Source: a virus
Length of the DNA: 64,000 nucleotides
Strand: one strand, 5' to 3'
Virus record (IMG/VR): IMGVR_UViG_3300031566_000009
Location: 1-64,000 of that record
Part shown: in pieces, positions 29,128 to 38,338 of the stretch
Position numbering within the stretch: position 1 is the stretch's first letter
How the letters are laid out: the number at the start of each line of letters is the position of its first letter
Translations under genes and position numbers: made by a program
Notes under the pieces: model-generated
What the model was told of the DNA's origin: nothing
What the model saw: only the letters and a program-made list of their open reading frames with translations
Database searches by the model: none

Positions 29128-29578
29128 CCAGCCACTGCTCGATTGCCAAGCAGATGGCCTTTGGCAAAAGATCGTGTGTCTCTACAATGTGCGGGGCATT
29201 CTCCATCCAAATCGTTACCCAACACCGAGGCTCGCCAGTCTTTTGATCAATGCTTATGTCGTGGCCCTTGACTCTCACCGCGTCCAGCGCCCTCAGTGCC
29301 TGTTCCACGTCGAGATGGGGCTGCCAGCCAGAGAACGCATGGAGGGGGAACACAGACTCATATTGGCGCTTCCAATAGTTCTTCTTCCACCGCTCCAGCG
29401 ACATGTCGAGGAACTTTTTGGGCGTAACGTCAATGTAGTCTTGTCGTTCCGCAGGGGTTAGGTCGTCCCAGGTAAGCAACCCCATAATCTCGCAAGCTAT
29501 TCGTTGATCCAGTGCTCGCCATTCGGCGTCAGTCTTGGTCATCCGGGTCTCCTTCCAGGGCGCGGCGGAGGGGGTCAA
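29090..29578 (-). CDS. Phage ABA-sandwich (BC1872-like) domain protein, copy 2
   Basis: LDQRIACEIMG...WQPHLDVEQAL...AICLAI; tandem paralog. Confidence 0.65.
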   Translation of the reverse strand: MTPSAAPWKETRMTKTDAEWRALDQRIACEIMGLLTWDDLTPAERQDYIDVTPKKFLDMSLERWKKNYWKRQYESVFPLHAFSGWQPHLDVEQALRALDAVRVKGHDISIDQKTGEPRCWVTIWMENAPHIVETHDLLPKAICLAIEQWLDAQEEEQQDAQE

Positions 29579-31409
29579 TAACCAATAGAAGGTTGGAGAG
29601 TGCCCATGAATCCTCTACAAACCCTTTCTCCCATTCTAGGGCTGTGGCCAGTGCCTCCTCCACGAGCCTGCGGTCAACTGGGGCTTGCTGGTACTTGCCC
29701 TCCAGGATGTCGAGCCGCTCCCCTTGGGCCTCCACTTCCTGGGCCAGTTCCCTGCTCCATGCCGCCTGTCTAGTCTGTTCATACCACGGCACGCGCTCAC
29801 TCAGTTTCGGCATCTTGCTCCTCCAGTTCCTTCGCCACCTCGCGGCCCTTGTCGGTGAGATGGTACTCAAAGTTGATTGCCAGACCTGGGGGATCGCGCC
29901 GCAACAATCCCAAGCCCTCCAGTATTTCCACAGTCTTGCGTTGTGGCTGAAAATGCTCACCAGTGTCGTCTTCAGACCAGCTTATGCTCCATCGGCCACC
30001 CCACGTATTCATCCAGATACCAGTCGTAACCCAACATGCCGTCAGCACCCGTTTCTGGGCCTCACTCAGTTTCGTCATCGCTCCTCCTTTGGGTACAATC
30101 GCACCCGATCTGGGCACGGTCAGGGTAGTTCCTCCCCCGTAACCCTTCACTCCTACGCCTTTCGGCGACTGCACCCTTCCTCATTCGAATGACTTTCTCA
30201 TAGCCGTTAGGTTGGCTGCCATACCCTCAAGGAGTGCTAGCATATCAGCCTTAGACCGACGTAGTCTCTGGACTTCTTCGAGCACCAGGGGATAGCCCTC
30301 GCGGGCCGCAGCGATGAAGCGAGCATCGGAACTTCTTACGAGTTGGCCAGGAGGAACCGCCTTTTCGCAGATCTTTAGTTGCTCTTTGATCCATTCGTCA
30401 GTCAGTGGCATCGGTGGCCTCCTGTTTCAGGGCATCCTCTACAGCGTTGATTGCATCGATAACATCGGGGTCGCTTTCTGCAGTGGGATGGCGACCGATG
30501 GCTTCTACTAAACGCTCGATTGGCCCGAACTTTTCTAATGGCCTTTCGTTCACCTCCCGTTCAGGTAGGAAGATAGTCCACCCCCAAGGGCTGCTGCCAG
30601 TAAAGCGGTAAGTTTTGTTGTTGAACACTTCGTCGGCCCACTTAGCGACCAGCCATGCCTCTTGCTTGGTGAGAGAACACAACTCGCACTGTGAGTCGGG
30701 GCCATAATCACCACCTCTGTGTACCATGATGTTGAAGAAATCACCATTATGAGAATAGTTGATTGCACAGGCACTTTTCATGTTGTTGCCTCCTTCATGC
30801 CCCCATCTCCAATATCCACAGGAATGCTTGCAGGGCCAGGCAAACGACGATGCAGAGCAAGCCCTGCCGGAATGTCAGTCTTGTCATTCGCCCACCTCCC
30901 TATGAATCGCCCGCTGGCGGGACAGACACAGAAAGTCCGATGCCTGCCAGGGCTGCCTGCCATCTGTCAAGTGCAGCAGCATAGTCCTTCCAGCCTTGGA
31001 CAGCCAATTGGCCGATGGCTTCTTTCTCCTCTATCTCCTGTAATGCCTTTTTGACATCAGCCATAGCACTCTCAACGTTGTCAAGCGGATCGTGCTCTTG
31101 TGTCATCTAATGCTCCTTTTCGCCAACTATTCACCTGTGCGTTCGTAATTATACACTGGAGAATCTCCACCACTTTCCAATAGACGACGCTCAAAGTCAG
31201 CCTCAAAATGACGTGCCAACGGTCTATCCGCGAATCCACTTACGATTTGCACTTTGCACACGGGGCACTCGAATAAGTCGGCCAGCCATATTTGGTATGG
31301 CTCTGGAGGTGATGAGAACATATCTACTACTGCTATCCCTGTTTTGAATGGTTGGAACTCTGTTTCACATTTGACACAGATGGGACGTTTCATTTTTCCT
31401 CCTGACTAT

Positions 31410-31438
31410 ATAGTAGCACAAGTGCTATGCCTTGTCAA
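31410..31438 (-). promoter_or_regulatory. Sigma70-type early promoter with TAGCAC-N2-GTGCTA palindrome
   Basis: TTGACA-17 bp-TACTAT. Confidence 0.8.
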
Positions 31439-31949
31439 ATTCGTCGCTGATGCGTTGTTCTAAGTCCTGGATATTGCTCAAACCAAGAATCACCGTATCT
31501 GATTCCAAAACCACGGCTAGAATGCCCCTATAGTTCTCGATGATGAATGCAGGATAGCGGGTCACAACGCCACGCCGCACTACGCGACCGACGATGTGTG
31601 GGGCTAATTGACTGCGGATGTAGTCTCCTGGTTGAATTGCGGAAAGGGTCATCGGAATACTGTCTCCGTCGCCAACGTCGAGTCGATCAGTCATCGTCCC
31701 TGCGCTATTCGGTAACAATTGTACCATGCTTGACTACGCTTCTCAGACTTTGCCAACATCTTTTCCAGTCGATCTATGTCGCTTTTATCTTGCTTCGTCG
31801 TGGGTGAGATGGTGACTCCTGGTAGTGGTTCACCAGTACTTCCAATAGCCCCATACACTGAGTAACTCCAAGTGGTAAACGTGCCATCGTGGTTAGCCTC
31901 GGCGATGATGCTATGTCCTTCGGAATCTGTTGCTCTAACCCAAGTACGC

Positions 31950-32660
31950 TCATTCATAGATACGATCAATCTTGGCGATGTCATAGGCGTAACTTTTGGC
32001 GTAGTCTTCTGGTGGCGTTAGTCGGCCCTTGATATATTCACAGAGTTCGCGCCTTTTCTCCTGGTCGCGTAAGAAGACATAGCCACCAGATCCGATACAC
32101 TGCTGACAATCCTCTTCATCCAGGAAACTCTGCAACTTCCACCTGGTGTAGTGAATCAGCCAAGTGCAATCTTGCCCGCACATACCCATAAGGAGGTATT
32201 GCTTGCACCTGTGTTCGATCAAACAAAAGCCATTATCCCAAGCCAATTTGTAGGCTTTCTTCCACTTGGGACTGCTGCGATCAACGTCTAGCCAATCATC
32301 CCAGACCTTGACCTCATAGGCCGTGTTCCACATGACCTCAAAGTGGCCGTCGGAGCATTGTTCACAGTATATTTCACCTTCACCACCACAGTCCTTGCAA
32401 GGAAAACCACCTTCTCCCTTGCACTTTTGACACTCTCGATCAGCTACTATACCAAATCCCGCGCATTCTGAGCACTCAACCGATCCTTCCCCTCCGCACG
32501 TCGAACAGTCGTGTTCTGGTTCCCCGTGACAGTAGGGACATATCAGATCGTAATTATCGTACCAATATGCGGTGTTCTCCATGATCTCGCCAAAGTCTAG
32601 GGTTTGCATTACGCCTCCTTTGATTGAGCATATCATAGCACAGATGCTATGATTTGTCAA
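31950..32660 (-). CDS. Protein with DnaJ-type CxxCxGxG zinc-finger repeats
   Basis: CSTCGGEG, CSECAGFG, CQKCKGEG, CKDCGGEG; true start probably the MQTLDF ATG after AAGGAGG. Confidence 0.7.
   Translation of the reverse strand: MTNHSICAMICSIKGGVMQTLDFGEIMENTAYWYDNYDLICPYCHGEPEHDCSTCGGEGSVECSECAGFGIVADRECQKCKGEGGFPCKDCGGEGEIYCEQCSDGHFEVMWNTAYEVKVWDDWLDVDRSSPKWKKAYKLAWDNGFCLIEHRCKQYLLMGMCGQDCTWLIHYTRWKLQSFLDEEDCQQCIGSGGYVFLRDQEKRRELCEYIKGRLTPPEDYAKSYAYDIAKIDRIYE
32632..32660 (-). promoter_or_regulatory. Sigma70-type early promoter
   Basis: TTGACA-17 bp-TATGAT with TAGCAT-N2-GTGCTA. Confidence 0.8.
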
Positions 32661-33058
32661 ATTTGGCTAAAGTGCTTCGTCAAGCCAGATGAGCAACCCA
32701 TAACGAGCAGCGAATTCCTTGAATTCGGAGTAGGTAATGCCAGCCATAAGTGTCGCTATCGATTGCGGATTCCAGTCTGATTCAGTTAGGCGCAGCCAGG
32801 GCACAGCTCCTGAATTTATATCATCGACTGACCACCAAGTGTTGGAATGACTACTGTCTGGAGTCATCAATTGATGCTTGTAAGGATTGGCAAAGACGGC
32901 CACACGAAAGATTTTCCAATCTTGTCCACGCCTCAAAGTTGGAGGGCCAGCATTGCAGTCGTAGGGTGCATCATTCCAATCGTCGCCTGACTGCTCACGC
33001 AGATTCATCGTGAACCACACGAAGGGCAATTCCACGTAGCATAGTTGTGCTTGGTCGT

Positions 33059-33276
33059 TCATCTTTCTACCGCCACCCAGCCACCATCCCGCCAAATCCT
33101 CACTATGTAACGCCCCTCTCCAGGCCGAATCGAACGATCAATGACTACATCGTATCCGTCTGCCAGTAGGCCGTCGAGGATATTGCGTTCACCTAAAATA
33201 TTGAATATGCCGAGGATAGGAACACACCTGCTACAATGAGAATTACGATGAACGCTTTAGTCTCGTTCTTCGTCAT
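33059..33276 (-). pseudogene. Frameshifted small membrane-protein gene, paralog of 44432-44692
   Basis: MTKNETKAFIVILIVAGVF continues after a 1-nt shift as ILGIFNILGERNILDGLLADGYDVVIDRSIRPGEGRYIVRIWRDGGW. Confidence 0.6.
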
Positions 33277-34121
33277 CCCGCCTCCTTGTGCATCATTCGT
33301 AGGATATGGTTTTCTAGTTCTTTGATCTGGGCTTCCGCTCGGTCACGCTCCTCAAGAGCTAGACTCCAACGGTTACGCCACATAATCGTGTGTTCAAGGT
33401 CTTTCGCTATGGCCGCCTCAGCCTCGTCGCGTTCCTTGCGCAGAGTGTAGATTCTGTTGCGTGCTTCCTCTTTGTATGCTTCATGGTCATCCTTGGCAAC
33501 GTCGTACTCCTTGCGTAAGTTCTCTATCGTCGCCTTGGATTCGGCAAGCTCTTTGCACAGTTCATTACGCCGCCTGTATAGTCGCAGAATCACCCTCCTA
33601 CGAGTTGTCAACAAGTCTTCCCTTTCACCCCGCTTCTCCCGCAGCCTTTCTATCGTCGCCTTGGCTTTGTCATTCTCCTTGCACAGTCGCCCACATTCTG
33701 CTTTAGCCTCGGCAAGCTCTTTGCACAGGTTGCGGATAACCGTGTTGTATTGTTCGGCGATTCGGATATCGCTAGGCTCCACGGCTTTCACTACAGGAGG
33801 TAGAGCTTCAAATTCATCGCAGATTTCGTGATCTGGAGTCCTCCTGCGCTCTCCAGAACAAACCTTACAGCAAGCGAATGTGCGGTTGAAGAATCGACAC
33901 TCACCACAACAAAGCTCTTGTTGCTCTTCCAATGCCTCGACTTTCTCGGCTAGTATCTCCAGTTTGTTTATCATACTCATAAGCAAACCGTAATGGTCTC
34001 CACTAATAACGGCTGGCCCACCGACGTGGACACACAACAACTGTTCTCGCAGGCTAGGTATCGGTATAGGCATCGTCTTCCTCCTTTCGTTGAATCGAAC
34101 GTAGGGCCACGGTGGGGTCAT
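33273..34121 (-). CDS. Coiled-coil protein with Cys cluster and internal CKELAE repeats
   Basis: CGECRFF...C...C then long heptad repeats. Confidence 0.7.
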   Translation of the reverse strand: MTPPWPYVRFNERRKTMPIPIPSLREQLLCVHVGGPAVISGDHYGLLMSMINKLEILAEKVEALEEQQELCCGECRFFNRTFACCKVCSGERRRTPDHEICDEFEALPPVVKAVEPSDIRIAEQYNTVIRNLCKELAEAKAECGRLCKENDKAKATIERLREKRGEREDLLTTRRRVILRLYRRRNELCKELAESKATIENLRKEYDVAKDDHEAYKEEARNRIYTLRKERDEAEAAIAKDLEHTIMWRNRWSLALEERDRAEAQIKELENHILRMMHKEAG

Positions 34122-35127
34122 CTGAGCCGCTATTGGTGATTATACAGCCGCCACCACCGCTCCAGCTTGCTACCCAATCTGGCCTGTTCTTGCAGTCAGT
34201 AGTATGGAGTAATGTGCTGCCCCGCCGCATCCCACGAACGAGGCGGCCTAGTTCAGCGTCGGCCTGCAACTCTTCAAGGAGCTGGCGAACTCCTAGAATC
34301 TCCCAACTCGTTGACATCGGACTTTTCCCTTCTGCTTATGTTTCCTTGGGTAACTTTTTCGCCGCTTCGTCGAGTGCCGCTGCAGAAGTGACCAAGTACC
34401 CGATCTGTGCATTTGCGACCGCCCAGGTGACGGTATTGATGATCCGCTCTGCAACGTGAGTGGCGGACGCTCGCGGGTCGTCGCCGTCTTCAATCGCGCT
34501 CTGAACGATGCGGTCGATTTCAACAAGAGCACCATTGAGGTGGCGAATGACGCCGTCGATGTAAGCCTCGAAAGGCTGTGCCGCAAATTGCGCGGCTTGG
34601 GCTGCCCTCATAAGAGCTTGGTCGCCGCGCGACGATGCCTCGCGTGCGGTGCATTCGTACCAGTCGTTTGTTCTCATGTTTTCTCCTATCAGTTGCTATG
34701 GCGAAGAACTACTTGCTCTCCATCCTCATCTCCATATTGCACCTCAGCCCAGGTCAGACACGAAGAACCATCATTGTATTCTTGGGCATGAAGCCAATTG
34801 ATGAATCTGTCCCTTCGTTCATCACCCTCGTTTGATGCAGACCAGCCTTCTTTGCTTCCATCACATGGTATGATGAATGATAGATAATGATTCATTCCTG
34901 ATTCCAAGATAGGACTCACAATCGGGAATATCACTATTGCCTTCTCGTGTGCGGGCACTAGCCAGTCTTCACCGAACGAGGTGACGATAATCGCGTGATG
35001 TCGCATATAGCCCATTTCATTTCTCCTTTAAATCAGGATAGTCGATCAGGACTTCGGGGGGCACAGGCTTGCCAGCAGCTAGGGCTTCTAAGACCAACAA
35101 CCGATGTGCTTTGCCAAAAAAGCGTCT

Positions 35128-35179
35128 CACAGGCCACATAGACCGTTGCCTCCCACAGGCCACATAGACCGTTGCCTCC
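35128..35179. repeat. Exact 26-bp tandem duplication
   Basis: CACAGGCCACATAGACCGTTGCCTCC x2; shifts the frame of the overlapping minus-strand gene. Confidence 0.9.
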
Positions 35180-35581
35180 CAACAAAACCAGGCATCTCTA
35201 TACTCAAACGTTTGATGGCTGCCTCTGCCTCGTCTCCTGTAGCTGTCCCCGCATATTCATCGCGTCTCATCTCCCACGGTTCTTTCATCTTCATTGCCTC
35301 CTGCTCTTGCTTCAGCATCTTCAGGACATATCTGACCCTATAGGCTGCCCCGTCAGTATAGATGCAGGCGTGGTCGAATGCTAAGATGGATTTATCGAAT
35401 TGGTCAAGTCTCTCTTCCGCTTTCACCAGGTGTGCTAGGGCCTTGTTCAGTTCCTCTATGATTTGTTGCACGTCTCCTCCTTTGACAAGTCGGTATCCTT
35501 GGGTATGTCCCTTTCCACGGCCAACTTGACCGCGAGTGCGTAAGTTATCCGCTCGCTGGCGGGGCACTTAGATCAGATGCC

Positions 35582-35875
35582 CTATGTTTCATCTAGCGCG
35601 TTCAGCAGCGTCTCGGTGTGAGCGCGTTCCGCCTCATCATCCGCTTCCACGGTCAGTTTGACCGCGAGTGCGTGGACACAGAGATCGTCGGTATGGGAAT
35701 GGTAGCGACTCCACTCACAATCACAGTAGAAGTATCCGTTGGCCAAGACGCAGGTATTATAGAGACTATGGTCTCCTCGCACTGAGGCTTCCGTGTAGAG
35801 GGAACTATGGCAGCTCAGTTCGATACAGCCCTGATCCACCAGCCGCTGCGCTTTCTGCTCACGGGTTTCGGTCAT
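35582..35875 (-). CDS. SWIM zinc-finger protein
   Basis: V.G....Y.......YCDC...LCVHALAV. Confidence 0.75.
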   Translation of the reverse strand: MTETREQKAQRLVDQGCIELSCHSSLYTEASVRGDHSLYNTCVLANGYFYCDCEWSRYHSHTDDLCVHALAVKLTVEADDEAERAHTETLLNALDET

Positions 35876-35903
35876 GGGATTGCCTCCTTTGGACTTTGAT
35901 TAT

Positions 35904-35932
35904 ATCGTAGCACAAGTGCTATGAATTGTCAA
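35904..35932 (-). promoter_or_regulatory. Sigma70-type early promoter with palindromic operator candidate
   Basis: TTGACA-ATTCATAGCACTTGTGC-TACGAT, identical to 37275-37303. Confidence 0.8.
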
Positions 35933-36746
35933 CTTGACGAACTTTGGTCTCGTTTTGGCATCTTTTCGGCCATCCCCAGGATGTCGTAATATTTGAGTTC
36001 ACCAATTTGCTCTGGTCTGTATAGAGCACGCGCTTCTGAATGTCTAGTCAAATAGTCAGCCACCATGTCATGCTCAGGGCACGTCAGTTCCTTGGCCGAA
36101 TCCCAGATGATGTAGGGCCGCATCAGGCACAATCCCCAACGCAGCCAGGCACTTTTGGTCCAGTAGAAATCGGCTCGAAGATTCCGCACCTTATTTGATC
36201 TAAACAAAGGAGTTCCAGGAAGCCCCCCTTCATCGCCACGGAATCGGTCCCAGCTACCGAATCGCAGCCAGCCTGGCATATCAGGGAAACAGGGCATCAT
36301 TCACCATTCAAACAAGGGTACTGTCTCCTTCTGCCAGCTATTCGCTGGCGGGGTATAGCCAAGTAGTTTGGCCCATCGAAACAGCTTCTCCCAGGTGATA
36401 TCGATGGCCCAGGTGTACCAGGGGTTGCGAAAGCTGCGTAGTCGGTAGTTCAGGAAGTCGAGTAAATCCATGCACTCATCATAAGTCATGGACTAGCCGC
36501 CACGTCACTGGGCCGGCGGGTCCACTGGGTAGCTCCGGTTGGCCGAGGATAGAACTTGCCGCAGCGTTTGCACTGGAGGTATCCTTGGCGTAGTGAGTGG
36601 ACGAGTGTGTCCCCGTCTCGGTTGCCACAGCGAGGGCAGGCCCAGATAAGACTAACTTCACAACTTGGTTGCTTTTCCACAGTGGTCTCCTTCTGCCAGC
36701 TAACTTTGATTGTATCGTAGCACAGACCTCTTGTTCAGCCGTGCAA

Positions 36747-37286
36747 TTATACCTCTTCCGCTCTGTCCAAGGCCGCTCCGAGTTCCTCGGCAACGTCCTC
36801 ACCACCGAGCTGGAGAATAGCAAAAGCTCCTAGCGTCCCAAATGTTGTGGGTGTATCTGCGAAGTCTCGCGTTCTTTTGATCTCCTCTTTTAGCCCCTGA
36901 GTGTGCATAGCTTTGACCCCGCCTCCACTTACCTTTCCTGTCTCGCGTAAGTGTCCGAGCACCGCTTCTGCTGCACCTTCGCCGTTATCTCGATCATACA
37001 GCCGAGTGCGTAGCGAATCCTCCGAGAGGTCGATCTTCATCACGCGCCCCTTCAAATAATCGAAGTACGTTTGATGTGTCAAGATGTCCTTGGCCTCCTC
37101 AATAGTCATCGGCTTGGGATCGTATTGTAAGAATCCCATACCTAGAGGCCGACTGGCGTTGTAGAGTGCTGCTAACACCGATGCCTTATCGAGTCCTGCC
37201 AGTGAAATCCCATTCATTTCTGCTCTCCTTTGTGTCGAACTATTCCGCTTATCAGGTTCAGTGGTTATGATTATATCGTAGCACAA
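36747..37286 (-). CDS. Phage hypothetical protein (LAALYN...DYLKGRVMK...YDRDNG)
   Basis: Distinctive motif pattern; AAGGAG RBS before MNGISL (true start internal to the called ORF). Confidence 0.7.
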   Translation of the reverse strand: MCYDIIITTEPDKRNSSTQRRAEMNGISLAGLDKASVLAALYNASRPLGMGFLQYDPKPMTIEEAKDILTHQTYFDYLKGRVMKIDLSEDSLRTRLYDRDNGEGAAEAVLGHLRETGKVSGGGVKAMHTQGLKEEIKRTRDFADTPTTFGTLGAFAILQLGGEDVAEELGAALDRAEEV

Positions 37287-37303
37287 GTGCTATGAATTGT
37301 CAA
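37275..37303 (-). promoter_or_regulatory. Sigma70-type early promoter with palindromic operator candidate
   Basis: TTGACA-17 bp-TACGAT. Confidence 0.8.
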
Positions 37304-37503
37304 ATTCGGTGGATCAAGGTGTCTGGAAAACTCGCATACATAAACTGCACAGGGGCATAGAAAACGGGTAAGTAGTGACATTGCGCAAGGATGAGGGCGT
37401 GAAATGCACAGAAGCATAGAAAACAGGGAAATAGCGTTCTCATGCAATAATGTAAACTTGATTTTAACAACCGATAAAGACTGGTAGTGGTCATAAACAA
37501 GCA

Positions 37504-37828
37504 TAATTGAGTACCTTGAGGCACTAAGACAGCACAGGGTGCTTGTAAACTACAATAGAACTGCATCTTATGGTAAAGTAAAGATACATAAAATGCACTA
37601 TTGCATGGTTTTCGCACAGGAGTTGTACCCCATTGGTCACTTTAAATCGCGTATGATTCATCTATTATTATGTCAAACTGGGTTTAATCATAATGGTCAC
37701 AGGGTCTTGTATAGTTGAATATTTGATGCAATAGTGCATTTTATGTATCTTTACTTTACCATAACGTATGATTCTTCTGTGTTCTATTATCACCCTGTGC
37801 TGTCTTAGTGCCTCAAGGTACTCAATTA
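37504..37828. repeat. Nested perfect inverted repeats (38 bp and 39 bp arms) in a non-coding kb; candidate replication origin
   Basis: 37504-37541 is the reverse complement of 37791-37828; 37568-37606 of 37726-37764; both inter-arm gaps are 26 bp. Confidence 0.9.
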
Positions 37829-38338
37829 CGTTCATTTACGCCACGCGCAGTTTTCTGTAGTTTTCTCTTTGTTCATTGGTCTCTTACCTTGAGTCCCTCC
37901 CTATCAACTTTAGCAATAGTGCATTTTGTGTATGTTTACTTGACCATAACGTATCGTTTCTTTGTGTTCTTTCATCATTATCTACTGTCTTTATGCCTCT
38001 GCCTCAAAGACAGCAATAAACAATAGTCACTACGTTCGTTGCCTGTTTTTCCCTGTTTTCTTTTTTGCAAGGAGGCCCCGATTCCCTGTTTTCCTTGCTT
38101 CCTTGTGCAGTTGTTCACTACCTTCTACGCTCAATTCCAGTTTTTTCTTTGTTCATTGGTCTTTTAGAGCCTACATTTCGACGCCTTTTTATGTGTTTCG
38201 TAGCATAATCTACTCTTTTCACCGCTTTTTTCGTCCTATTGTGCTTTTTTCGCTGTCTTTACACCCCTATACTACTTGAGAGTTGAGTGGGTGGGACTCA
38301 AGTTTCTTTACAAGCAGGTGCTCTATCCCACCCCTGTG

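Larger units (their letters stand above)
24881..37286 (-). other. Array of about 35 small, overlapping leftward early genes, mostly hypothetical
   Basis: Contiguous minus-strand ORFs with AGGAGG RBS and overlapping start/stop codons, punctuated by repeated promoters. Confidence 0.85.

Noticed and set aside
31414-31427. CIRCE (HrcA) operator
   Set aside because: Shares TAGCAC/GTGCTA but lacks the TC/GA bases and 9-bp spacer of TTAGCACTC-N9-GAGTGCTAA
37271-38279. ORFs called within the inverted-repeat region
   Set aside because: Phe/Cys/Leu-rich products of skewed low-complexity DNA, no RBS
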